DNA of 62,814 nt, counting the filler, from Rhabdomonas costata (lineage: Eukaryota), in assembly GCA_019059605.1 (NCBI GenBank). It is 16 parts of 16 records of this genome, joined end to end, with 100 filler letters (N's around TTAATTAATTAA, not from the genome) between each part and the next. Parts side by side here need not be neighbours in the genome. Positions count along the whole stretch, not along the records: positions 35,424 to 39,251 come from JAHMHO010000497.1; positions 39,352 to 43,194 come from JAHMHO010000498.1; positions 43,295 to 47,133 come from JAHMHO010000499.1; positions 47,234 to 51,064 come from JAHMHO010000500.1; positions 51,165 to 54,990 come from JAHMHO010000501.1; 11 more parts are not named here. One strand, given 5' to 3'. Positions 37,545 to 51,772 of this stretch are shown here, one piece after another. The notes beneath the pieces are model-generated. The model was given only the letters and a program-made list of their open reading frames with translations. It had not been told where the DNA came from and ran no database searches. Position 1 is the stretch's first letter. The number at the start of each line of letters is the position of its first letter. The position numbers were made by a program, and so were the translations under genes.

Positions 37545-39251
37545 ATGCGCCAAGGCCATCCCAGGGTCACGGGCAGCGCGCTGGTCCGGCTTCCCACTGA
37601 TCTTCTGCGGCACTGGCTGGGGTTCTGCCCGGCTGCCTCGCTGTGTGCGGCGGCGGGAGTGTGCAAGTGTTGGACCCAGGTCGCTTCAGAGGATGGGCTG
37701 TGGGAGCTCCTCACGGCGCAGCTGTGCGCGGACAAGAGGCTAGGCTCTCCCCGCCTGGGGAGGTGCGTGGAGTGTAGGAGAGTGCGAAGGACCACATTTT
37801 GTGGTAGTGGTTTTCGATCAGATAAATGATCCTCCTTGACTGTGTGCGCAAGCATACTTTATCCAGTTTCCTTTGATTCTGTGCAGAGAAGCAAAAAGGG
37901 AAAGGCCGGTGGGATGGGTTCAGGAGTGACACCTGGAAGGAGAGGTATATGGCCCTCGTGGCGCCTCGTGGAAAGCGCGTTTCCGGGGGGAAGCGTCCCC
38001 GCCCACCCGATGTCGAGGGAGCTCTGGCTAGCCTTCGGCCTGCACCCAAACGCCGCTACCGGGTACATGGTCTCCTCTTCATTCCTTGTACAACTGCTCG
38101 TGGGAAACACCTGAGAAAGACAGTGGACAAGAAAGACAGTGGAAGGACAGAATTCTGTCTTGTTATCCTGATGCGATGGACGGCGATGGACATTTGGTTT
38201 ATCCGGTAACCGCAGTGATTTCAGAAGCTTTGCAGGGGGGTAGGCTTGCGATGCACGACTCAAACACTTTTTCACCGCATGGATGTGTTCCGCTATGAAC
38301 TGTGAAATTACACATATTACCACTCAGAACTCTATGACAGTTTATGGCACTTATTCTGAAATCATGCTTAGATGAAATAATCCGACTACATCGTTTTGTA
38401 TCTTAGCTCCTACGCGCCACCATCATGTCGTTTGGTTTCGCCGCTGCACTGTAGCTTCTCGAGGTGAGCCGAACGTGCACCATCCAGGAGTTCATTCAGG
38501 AGCATTGCGAGCTGCCCTTCAACGGGTGTCTGCGGCTGTACTGCCACTGCTCTGGGGAGAAAGCCCCCCCTCCAGGCTACCTCGTGGTGCTGCGGGACCG
38601 CGAATCCGGAGCCGTCCTGGAAGGGCCAAGGGTACTGACAACAAGCAAGCCCCCCACCCCACCCCTAAATGTTGTTTGCGGTTTTGTGCAGAACTTTTCC
38701 TCCAACTCAACTGGCCGCTAATGTCGCGACCTGGGCGCAGACGGGGTGTCGCGGGGTGCTGTACGACTCTCCCCTTGATTTCTCGGTCGAGTCTCGGTCC
38801 ATATTGTGACCGTTGCACCGAACCCCCTTCTCCCTTTTTCCGCAGCCCGATACAATTATGTTTGCGTCAGCGTCGGAAGTTTCGTGCAAATACTTGTGCA
38901 AACAGGGAAGCGCTACAATCAGCAACGCACTGAGGACTGCATGGGATGTTTCGTTGGGCACGAACGAAAAGGCGAATCTTCCGCTTGAACATTGCCCAGC
39001 ATTCTTCTCTATAGCTGGGCGAGCGGAATCGAATGCCACTGCATCAGTTCTGCATTCCAAAGGGACGAGCTTAGATGCACCGCTTGGAAGTTGGGATGAG
39101 TTGTAAGGCGCACAATAAGTGGCATATTTGGTGCTGTGGTCTTAGGTCCGAGAGGCTTTGGGCTGGGGCCCAGGCAATGCCCCTGCAGTGATCCACCCTT
39201 CGGAGTACCCCACAGCGGTGCGCACGAGGTTTGACGTGTTCACCCACCCCC
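37545..39251 (+). CDS. F-box protein, exons 37545-37762, 37924-38062, 38455-38631, 39146-contig end
   Basis: LPTDLL...GF...SL.....VCK.W..VASEDGLW F-box; the splice restores the typical TWKERY motif; phases consistent. Confidence 0.8.
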
Positions 39252-39766
39252 NNNNNNNNNNNNNNNNNNNNNNNNNNNNNNNNNNNNNNNNNNNNTTAAT
39301 TAATTAANNNNNNNNNNNNNNNNNNNNNNNNNNNNNNNNNNNNNNNNNNNNGGTTTTGGGTTTCTTCAATTTCCTTGCCTTGATGCGGTGGTTGTTTTAT
39401 TGTGCCGGACACCGGACGCTTGCGTGACACTTGCAAATCTGTTTACAAGTCATTGAGAGTCTTTGGGAATTGGGAATCCGATGCTGCTTGTGCACGTGTG
39501 CACGTGCCCTGGAACCACGCAATAGACAAAGATCTCCACCCGTGTGCGTCAAAGGGGTGCTGTGAATTGATAAGGGGCCAGAGAAAGAGGTCTGGCTAAA
39601 GCGTGGGGGGTTGTGCTGGACGACCTAGAGTGAACAGTTTGCTCTGATTTTGTACAAAGTTTTTTTTCATCTTGTCAACTTTTTGGCCCTATTTTCCAAC
39701 CGTTGGACAGAGCAATGTGCTTCTCTCTTCTCGCTTCGTCCATCCATTCGATTTGCCATTCGACCC

Positions 39767-39872
39767 CACTCAGCACTTACTGAAGTGTGTGATTGCTTTC
39801 AAGTTTCCACACGCAAGCGCGCGCGCGCGCGCGAAGACAAGAAAACAAAGGGGGGTTTTCAGCGAACAAAAC
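39767..39872 (+). repeat. Dispersed repeat family, copy 1
   Basis: CTGAAGTGTG(T/C)GATTGC.TTC.AGTTTCCACAC..GCAAG(CG)nAAGACAA.AAAA.AAAG...CAGCGAA, shared with 48575-48681 (reverse strand) on another contig. Confidence 0.85.
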
Positions 39873-40452
39873 TGCACATGACAGCAACAGTGACAGCGTC
39901 AGGCGCAGTCGGTTTCTGTCCCCGATCCAAAACACAGGCCCTGTCTTCCGTGTACATTTGTTGTGTTTTTGCCCCCTAACCGCACCCCATCCACGGCGCG
40001 TGTTCTCCGCTTTTTACTCACATTTTCCCTCTACGATTCACTTGACCACCCGCGCTCCACCAGTTCCTTTTCCTTCCTTGACAAATTATTGCATTGCCGT
40101 AAGCCCGGATCCAGAACACCCTGTGTGCTGCTGCCGAGACTTTACCGGAAAAAACTAAGGGGACCAGAAATAAACATCAGTGAAATGGGCAGTGAAACAT
40201 GATAAGAGGGCTAAGCCGAAGCAGGCCTGGGGTCTTTTGTATATACAAAAGGCCTCCGAACGCCGCGCGGCCGGTCCTTGGGGTCCGAATTTTATGACCT
40301 TTACCCCTGGCCGGATGCGGTGCCCTTGGGGGGCTCTTTGAAATCCCTTTTGTGCCGATTCTTGCCCCACGCAGCGCAGGGTTTACGACAGATCCCATAA
40401 AGTATTCATACAAAACAAACCCACTCCATCAGAGAAATCTCATTCAGCAAAC

Positions 40453-42421
<1,969 letters not shown>

Positions 42422-43299
42422 TTGCTCGCACGGACAGAGAAAGGCAAGGCAACAAAAGGAGAAGCACAGGGAGACGGCCGGGAGGCGTCTGAGGGCAAAA
42501 CCAATGGAGCGCATCAATGGAATCCACTGGTGCTTGAGTCGGTGTTATCTACGGGTTTGCAGACCTTGCAACTCGGGATCTTTCCAGGGCATGCACACCT
42601 GAACGGTTTTTGGGCAACTGTCTAACAGCTCTCCATCGGTCGACTATCCACCACCTCACAGCATAACGCTTGATTAGCGGCCGTCTACCAGTGCGGTGGT
42701 GAATGCCGGGTATATTCCTGTAGTAGTAATGTCCGCTTCGCTTCAAACGTGAAAAAGTAATTAGATGAGCGCATTTCGGCTTTGATACAGAAAAAAGGTC
42801 GAAAAATGAAAACCGGAGATGACTCCTTCTATACCCGGTCCGCTTCGTTGGCATTGACGTCCCCGATGCTCGTAACAGTGGATGTCTAAAATTCTCACTT
42901 TCTCACTTTTAGAACGAAGCGGGCCATATTTGCGCGAGCTCAGAGGGCAATGCGCGTTTAGAAGGACTCCGTAGGTAGTCCAACGCTATTCCCGCCGACA
43001 ACTTTGTACAACGCGTCTTTCCAGCTGGATCTTGATGCACGTTTGCCACAGTCGACCACACATTTCAAAAGTCACGCCAATATCAATGCCGAAGGGAAAC
43101 ACGCCAATAATAATGTAACTTCCAGAGAAAGAAAAGATTGCCTGCAAAGCAGACAGACGTACCCTTTCCCAGATTCCCAGCAAGACCCAAACCCNNNNNN
43201 NNNNNNNNNNNNNNNNNNNNNNNNNNNNNNNNNNNNNNTTAATTAATTAANNNNNNNNNNNNNNNNNNNNNNNNNNNNNNNNNNNNNNNNNNNNGGGGG

Positions 43300-44200
43300 G
43301 TGGTGTGACACGAAGTTAAAGATAACATTTTGAAAGTAAATGTGCAGCATATTTGATATCAAGCAGCGGATAACTTCTCCATTCAATCCTCAGGCAATTG
43401 AAGATGCGTAGATGACCAAAAAGAAAATGAAGTATGCCATTAGCACCACAGTGTTGGCAAATATGCAGAAATTCATAGATGAGCTCGTTTCAAACTGGCT
43501 TCTCCTTATGGACTTTGTGGATATAGCCGTCGACAATGCCAGAGTCACCTAGATCAGCCATTATTTATTGAACCTGGCCTGCCATCAGAGATTTCTTCGA
43601 TATGCCCAGCTTTAAAGAGAAGGGATCATTCGATTTGGCGTGTGCGTACAGAGCTCTTTACCACGAGTTAGAAATAGCGGTTCAACCAGTTTTTGGTATG
43701 GGAAAACGTACTGATCAACCAGGCGAAGAACCACAAACCATCTCGGCCACGTTTGCCATTGAAATTGAATGCATTTGGTCCACAAAAGACCAAGATGCAG
43801 ATCTCGCGAAACTGATTTATTGACATCTCGGCACATGTCCGCAAAAAGGTCAAGTTTTACATACCAGCGAGCTCATTTAATTAAAGGCGCGGAAACTGGA
43901 CACAGTTTGCCAGTTACCACTCCACAGGAAAGCGAACAAACAAAAGCTTTAGCCCAAAGATCATCTGCAGCTGTAGGATGCGTTGAAATATCCGGTAAGG
44001 GTCTCAGATGACGCGGCTAATCAACAGCAAGCGATGGATTATGACGTTCAACCACACAACTCTCCTTCTGAACTTGATGTGGAGGACCACGTTTGTGTTT
44101 ACACATTTCAGTCAATTTCAGCTGTTGTTTTGCAAAAATGACGAATCTTTATCACGTGGTAATTAATTTCAAACAAATTCAATGTTGCGCAACTTATCAC
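43300..44200 (+). mobile_element. Degenerate retroviral-type (Ty3/Gypsy-like) integrase remnant
   Basis: CSIFDIKQRITSPFNPQA.EDA*MTKKKMK...W...MDFVDIAVDNA resembles the rve C-terminal core (TSPYHPQ.NG..ER.N, W...L..V.FA.N); ELDVEDHVCV near 44070 resembles the segment before GPY/F; many stops and frameshifts; AT-rich. Confidence 0.5.
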
Positions 44201-47083
44201 TGTCTCGAAGGAAGCGTTTTTTCACTTTCAGTGTGGAATAAGCGCATGAGTATTGTCATTTTGTGAGACTTTTCCACGGTGTTAAGGGGTTGTATCCCAC
44301 TTTCAGTGAGGAATAGGAACAAAATGAGCCTGTGCGTTACCTGATCGTTAATTTTAATTTGGAATCTGGCACCCACCTAAACATCAATAAAGATGCAATG
44401 TTGTGCCACACAGTAATCTGACAGAACGTTGGTATATTTAATGAGGTGGATCGTTTCTCCATCCGACCACATCATCAAATGCACCGGTAGTTTTTGGAGG
44501 ACGATGAGGGCAGTGAGTCCGAAGGCTACAATGTATTCAACTATAACATCTTACCAGACAGATCCACGCTGGCCAATCATGATCAGAAGCTTGCAAATAT
44601 TTTGTCTTAAAAGAGTCGTGTGCTTTTGGAATAGTACAAAAAGTTCAAAAGAGTACGACTGGAGCTGCAGTACTGGATGCAGCAATTGTCTTTGAATAAA
44701 AATGCACATTAACACTGAAGCATCATTGGCCTAACATGTTCTCGTAGATTAATGTGGCTGCACAAGATGAATGTGACTTCCAGTCTCAACTCCCAGTGAG
44801 CAGTCATTTAAATTGCTCACACCTGTGGACGTTACGTGCACTGCCAGCCCTATAAATTAACTGCACCCCATTGCGTCTGCCGTTTAGTGCCATATTGGGT
44901 AACGTAGTTGCACAGCCACGTGCATCTGACGTTTGCCAACACACTTCTGGAATTTGCAGTTTACTCACAACGCACCGGGGTATATTCGCAGCATTTTTTG
45001 TATTAATTTACTTTACAGCTATGATTTATATCAGCTTCCACAGACGCAATTTCACACAACACTCTTGCACCATCAGATGGAGGCAGGTGGCACTGGAGAC
45101 ACCACCGCAAAGGCGGAACAAGAATGGTACCACATGATGGTCGATACCATACTACACCGGTGGTTCCTCACATCACTACCTTTATTGGCAGCACAATTTC
45201 AGCTGTTAAACGAGTGTGTGTCTAAACTATGAAACGCAGCTATAATCAGTACTGTTCTGGTACTTTTCTACGCAGAATACTCCTAGTTAAAAAGAGTGTT
45301 GCGAGCATGTTTGTTTCAGGACTTTGGTTTGACAATTGTGCATATTGAGTCGGACCAGGCCTGGTGTAATATGGGTTCCCGTTGCCACAGTNNNNNNNNN
45401 NNNNNNNNNNNNNNNNNNNNNNNNNNNNNNNNNNNNNNNNNNNNNNNNNNNNNNNNNNNNNNNNNNNNNNNNNNNNNNNNNNNNNNNNNNNNNNNNNNNN
45501 NNNNNNNGTTGCCACAGTTGAAGTTGTAACAAGAAGCCAAAAGCAGAATAACACCAGAAGCATCACAAGGAATCAACAGTATAATATTGAAAAAAATAAG
45601 ACTCTGCAACCGAAAGTTTGTAAGTGGTATTAGCTTCTGCGTGCGCTTTTTCTTGAAGGAAGTAGTGCTGTGTACATTTGTGGTGTAGACCACTGATGTT
45701 GTATTATTTTTTGCCTTTTTATTATCACCACGGAAAAGATGACCAAGTAAAATTTGGTGTTTTTGATCTTCCGATTTCTAATAAGGTGTGCATGCACGTG
45801 CTGAAACTTATTTTAAATAACTAAGTGTTTGGATATTATTCCTTTTGGTCGCACATCATTCAGTGTGTCATCAGTATGTCATCAGGAGACAACCCCCATG
45901 TCATCAGGACAACAAAACCTTCGTTTGCCCGAAAAAAGATCTCCGATTCACTATTTTTCTTGATTGGTGCCGAATGCACACTGTGGTTTTGGCAGATCTG
46001 GAGCTGTAAGTTCCCTTCCCTTCCCAACCCTCCTCCCTCCCCTTCCCCTCCCCGTTAAACAATAGGGTACGTTCATGCGGGTATTCTTGTACGTTTGTGC
46101 TTCCTACTCCGCCTTCTATGCTGCTTTTTATGCTCCTCTCGCACGCTTTTTCTGCCCGCACTCTCTTTGAACCCCATCTCCGCCACAGACACGTACTTCC
46201 ACATTCTCACCCTCCCATCTCATCCTTCCGACCTATCCTAACCAGCCTCTTCAGCTCTGTTGCCGCATCCCATATCGTCCCATATCGTCGTGTAGCCCCC
46301 AATCGCGCTCCTCCTCTTCCTTTCAATTTTTTTCCCCAATTGCTTTTCTCCTGTTAATAAATATGCTCTTTGTGTCCCCAGCTCAGTGCCCTCATCAGCA
46401 CAGCTACCCTGCATGCCAAATCGAACCAAACAAAGAGTATATTTTTCCAGAACGTTTATAAGATTAGGTGAATACAACCGAAACACACCTTCTTTGAATT
46501 AACAAGTGAACTCCAAAAAACTCCGGGATTGCCGCACAAACAGGGTGCCAATTGTTCAGGCGAAAGAAAGTTCGCGGATCACTTCAATTACTTTGATTGG
46601 GTTTGTTTTGGTTTCGTGCAGATACCCGTGACGATGTGGACTCATGGGTTTTGTGGATTCGCACTTTTTGCCGTTTTCACTGCCTGCTGTGTGCGTTGCA
46701 CACTTATAGCCTCCAGCAGTTTACAACAATGTGTCCGAGATGGAACGACTGTTGAGCCTACAGGTTTGCCACCTTTTTGTGGCTCAAACAAATGCATCCA
46801 CTAAATGCTCGCAAAGGGTAGCTGCAATCCAATCTTTCATGGCTCTTTAAGGGCTGTGATTGTGAAGATGGTGAGCTCAGAAATGAACAAAGCGCCACCC
46901 CAGACAAAGGGAAGTAAAATTCGATCTCCTTCTGGTGACCATCATTCACCTTAAAAGTGCTCCCGTTCCTTTGGTCAATTGGTCAGGTTTCGGGTCCCTC
47001 TCTTGAATTTGACGTGGGATGCTCTTTTCCTTCTCATTTATAATTTGTTTTCTTTAACACGATAGGGCTAATCCGAAGCAGGC

Positions 47084-47129
47084 GTGGTGTATAATTGAAT
47101 TTTTTTAAAAAAATTCAATTACACACCAC
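47084..47129. repeat. AT-rich palindrome: perfect 30-bp core 47092-47121, 46 bp with one mismatch
   Basis: TAATTGAATTTTTTT|AAAAAAATTCAATTA at the contig end. Confidence 0.85.
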
Positions 47130-47417
47130 AAACNNNNNNNNNNNNNNNNNNNNNNNNNNNNNNNNNNNNNNNNNNNNTTAATTAATTAANNNNNNNNNNN
47201 NNNNNNNNNNNNNNNNNNNNNNNNNNNNNNNNNGTGTGGGTTTACGATAAGTTAAGAATGTAGTGGTGGTTTGTGGTTGTGCATCCTTCCAATTTCCAGC
47301 TGTGTTCCAGCAATGTCGTTTGTGAGCATTTGTGAGTGTGGCACGGATTGGTCATACGTACATGCAAAAACCGAGCAGCCCTGAGGCAGGCAAAAGTTGT
47401 GGCTGAAGCAGAGAAAC

Positions 47418-50178
47418 CTGGTTCGGGCGCTGCGTGGGCGGGGCCTCGAAGAAGGTGCCCAGCTCCTCCCCTTCCATGATTCTGGGGATGATGTTGCGTG
47501 TCCTGGAACCCAGCCCCCCACCCCAACATCACCAGACACAGACGCAATGAGAGAAGGCGAAAAAGGGTCGCACTTGGCTTCCACTACCCCGGTTCGCGTG
47601 ACGTATCTCGCGAATGAAACAATGCAACCACGTCAGATAATGCGCTTATGCGTCAAGTGCATCCCGCACCTTATCCTGCCGCCCCAGCTGAGTAGACAAC
47701 AAAACATCGAGGCGTCCGCGGAATGAGCATATGTGAGGGCAATGTGAAAAAGGAAATCCGATGGCTCAAAAAACCATGACCATCAACTGGTTGTCAAAGA
47801 TTCTTCGCAACGGTTGAGTCTCACGTGAACACTGCAACAACAGTAGCACTGTTCCAGAGCTTGGTCCAGAGTTGGTCAGAGTTGAGTCTCACATTCACCA
47901 ACAGGAGGGGACGCACAGTATAAGCAGAAGAATGAGAGGCGGGTAATGAGACCCCAGAAAATACCGGGTGGGAAGCAGTGAACCAGGAGAGAAATGAGAA
48001 AGAGAGGAGAAAGAGCGCCCGCCCGCATACTTCCCGTTTGCGATGACCACATTGATCCCGTGCTCCCAGGCAATCCTTGTGGCCTGCAGCTTCGTAGCAA
48101 AGCCACCGGTGCCCACGCCATCAACAGCGTCGCCCGCAACCTGTTCAAGCGTGAGACCAATGCCACATGAAGTAAAAAAAATAATCCCAGATGTGAGATA
48201 GCAAAGAAATGCAACCCGAGGGGCAGAGCTCGTTCCCCTACCCCCTCTCTCATTTTTGTTTCGGTTCTTTGGGTGATGTATATGACACAACGAATGATCA
48301 TCTGGGAACGCGACCAAATCCCCTCACAGCTACCATGGCAGCGAATTGGCGACCGATAGGATAGGAGGTTCAAAAACCACACCGATTCCGCCATCTTCAT
48401 CTGGTCGGTCTTAATCAGGGTGATCAGCTTCGCCGTCTTGTCCGTGTCGGGGTTTGCCGTGTAGAGCCTATGCGAGTGTCCACGAGGATAAAACTGCTAT
48501 TTGAAAACGGTCGGAGAACGATGCCCCCCGAGCTCACGCCCCGCTTACAGGCCTTTTGCAGTGGTAAAACTTCTGGGTTTGTTTCGCTGACGAAGTCCCG
48601 CTTTATTTTGTTGTCTTCGCGCGCGCTTGCGTGTGTGGAAACTCGAAGGCAATCGCACACTTCAGAAAGTAAAGCCAAGTGCTGCGTCGTTCTCGCTCGA
48701 GTCCACCCGCTTGGTTATAAAGTCCAAAACCTTCGCTCCATGGCCAGTGGGAACGGGTCTCCATTTTTTTCTTGGGTTTAAAGCGTTTTTGATGTNNNNN
48801 NNNNNNNNNNNNNNNNNNNNNNNNNNNNNNNNNNNNNNNNNNNNNNNNNNNNNNNNNNNNNNNNNNNNNNNNNNNNNNNNNNNNNNNNNNNNNNNNNNNN
48901 NNNNNNNNNNNNNNNNNNNNNNNNNNNNNNNNNNNNNNNNNNNNNNNNNNNNNNNNNNNNNNNNNNNNNNNNNNNNNNNNNNNNNNNNNNNNNNNNNNNN
49001 NNNNNNNNNNNNNNNNNNNNNNNNNNNNNNNNNNNNNNNNNNNNNNNNNNNNNNNNNNNNNNNNNNNNNNNNNNNNNNNNNNNNNNNNNNNNNNNNNNNN
49101 NNNNNNNNNNNNNNNNNNNNNNNNNNNNNNNNNNNNNNNNNNNNNNNNNNNNNNNNNNNNNNNNNNNNNNNNNNNNNNNNNNNNNNNNNNNNNNNNNNNN
49201 NNNNNGTAGCGACTGACCAAGAACTGCGCCACGGGCACCGGGGCGAACGCCACGGCCCACTTGTGCATCAGCGCGGGCTGCCCCAGAGCGGCCAGGCCCT
49301 GTATAACAAAGCCCCCAGGAACCCATGTTGGTTGTTTCCCACGAGGGAGCGCAGTGAAAGGAGAAGGGCCAGGTGATTGCTGCGTTCAGTGACCTCGCCT
49401 GTGAAAAAACTGGATGGGCCTCAGCAATTTTCCGCCTCCGCAAGCGATCCGCGTTCAACAGTCACCTGCTATTTGGTTGTGATGATCTGTCCTAGGTCCT
49501 CTTGTCCTGGGTCGCAACAAATCCGAAACAACTAGAAACGAGAAACTAGATCCAGATTTCTGGGCATGATATTCGGAATGACTCAATTCGTAGATCCAAG
49601 AAACTCCGGGCAACAGCGGGTTCACCCTGTTGCGCACAATCCCTCAACTCTCGTTGACACACCGGCCGCCCTCACCCGATCTTCCGGCTTCCAGCCCTGC
49701 ATCGCCGGAATCTCTATCCTCCTCAGTGCCTGGCTCGCTTCAACGCTTCAAAAATAAACGCCCATACGCACAATAACACCCACTGCACCAAGAACCACAT
49801 GCCCACGCACACGTACACATAAGCAAGGCGCAAACACCTGAGCTGTGGCCAGACCTGGGGGGCGGGACTTGAAGCCCAGCATGTTGACACCCTGGGCAAT
49901 GGCTCCCGAGGACACCTGAGGCAGGTGAAAAGGGTTGAGCGGGGAGACAGAATTGCACATGCACCGGCAGCAGCAGCGGAAACCCAAAGAAGAAAGGCGC
50001 ACACGCCAAAGAGGGCACCCAAGTCACATACCAGGGTGACGTGGAAGCCCTTCTCGCGGATGGCCAGGATCTCATTAGCGTACTTCTGGAAGCCTCCGTC
50101 CGTGGGCCCGGCGACGAGCTGGCTGCCGATCTTCACCACAATCTTCTTCGCCTTCGTGATGCTGGCGCGGGCGCTCAT
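47418..50178 (-). CDS. proB: Glutamate 5-kinase (ProB/P5CS kinase domain); exons 50178-50032, 49915-49838, 49298-gap, 48467-48383, 48140-48031, 47502-47418
   Basis: KIVVKIGS, LVSSGAIAQG, AALGQP.LM, LYTANP, GTGGFATKLQA..IA...GI.VVIANG, GEELGTFF; the central part falls in the N gap 48796-49205. Confidence 0.92.
48575..48681 (-). repeat. Dispersed repeat family, copy 2 (in a proB intron)
   Basis: Reverse complement aligns with 39767-39872. Confidence 0.85.
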
Positions 50179-51772
50179 CGCGGAGAGGGGCGTGGGGTCT
50201 TCACCAGAACGGAATGTGGGAGTGTGTGGGGTTGAGGCGAGAAACCGAACCGCCTGAAAGACAATAAAAATGAGCCGCGAGGAGATCGGAGGGGAGACCC
50301 AAGGAATAAGGGAGAAGACAACGGTATGTGGGTATGTGTAAGCACGCAGACAATATCGCTAAAACCGGGATTTCGCCACTTTTTGCAAGCATTCTTTTTT
50401 TTACGTTTAGACATGTTTTGGGAGAATAACAGTCCTCTAGCAATCACCCATTTTGAAGGCTCTGTATGCAAAGAAGGGTTCACAGGAGACGTTTGGAAAT
50501 GCTTTGTTGACCCCAAGGGCAGTGCAGATAAAGGCAAAATGAGGCATTTCAATTGAGTTTTAGGTCTGGAAGTTCTTTTCCTGTGAAGCCACGGCTCTGC
50601 CAAAAGCCTTGGCAAGTGACGATACATGACCATTTCCTGCGTGTCTATGGCGACACTAATTTCAGCAGGATTTGAAACTCTCTCGGCAAACACAGCCAGG
50701 AACCACACAGGAATGTCACCGTCTGTAGATCTATCCATCCCATTCCAAGCTGCATTTCGCGTTCTGAGTCTTCTGAGAGTAACGTCTTCTTTCTTCGGGT
50801 GGGTAGGGCGTGGGCATTTTGTGCATTGCTGTTGCTGTTGTAGGTGCCTTCGATAAACCCTCAGCAGCACTGGGAATAGAAGCGTTTCTTTTGAAGAAAT
50901 ACCGGCTATGGGGCAGGGGTGGTAACAGCCTTAGGGTGAAAGGACCGCAGCTGCGAGGACCAATGTAATACAAAGGATTTGGTCCCTGCTTTGGCTTTTT
51001 CCTCGGCTTCGTAAAGGCTATTTTCGTCCTCGAAAAAGACCACGATTCCCTTCCACCCCCCCCCNNNNNNNNNNNNNNNNNNNNNNNNNNNNNNNNNNNN
51101 NNNNNNNNTTAATTAATTAANNNNNNNNNNNNNNNNNNNNNNNNNNNNNNNNNNNNNNNNNNNNGTGGTGGGTGTGTTTGGGGTTGTTGTGATCTCCACG
51201 TTTCCCACTGTCGCTTTCTCCACTCTTTCCGTTTCTCGCTCCTCGGTCCATTCCAGCCATTCCCATTTCTCCTCTCTGACTCTGATCTCCTCCATCTTGT
51301 TGGGCTCTCTGCTCAGCTCACCATTCCTCTCCCCGCGCACTTCAGTTCAATAGAACCCAGAGCGAGGCAGAATGACGGCCGACGACTGCCTTCAAGACTG
51401 GGCGCCGTTTGGGATATCTGTCTGTTTTTTCTTTGCTTGGTGACTTGGGTTCTCGGATCCGGTGGTGTCGGTCGGGGAGACTTGTCGGGCCTCCCTTCTA
51501 CGCCAGGTTCCCCTTTTATGTCCCCAGGACGGCTTGCGTCGCAGACGCATGATCCTGTGCTCTGGTCGACTCGTACTGTTTATACGTGTGCTTGGTATTG
51601 CGACCTCGTTTTCGTTGGTATCTGGGCTCTTGAACATACCCCGTCTGCTCGCTCTCTGCCTCGCTTCCTCCATGGCCATCTCGTCCCCCTCCTCGTTGGC
51701 GATCCTCTGGGCTCTTTAACGCACACATACACACACATACACACACATACACACACTCACTCACGCCCTCAC

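Noticed and set aside
48603..49458. Long ORFs in the supplied track spanning N runs, and most short overlapping ORFs
   Set aside because: Artefacts of N gaps, antisense shadows of GC-rich exons, or intron read-through
51165..51191. G/T-rich starts and C/A-rich ends as telomeres of gene-sized chromosomes
   Set aside because: No fixed repeat unit, breaks fall inside exons, and the tract overwrites genomic sequence at 41015; amplification primers explain it better
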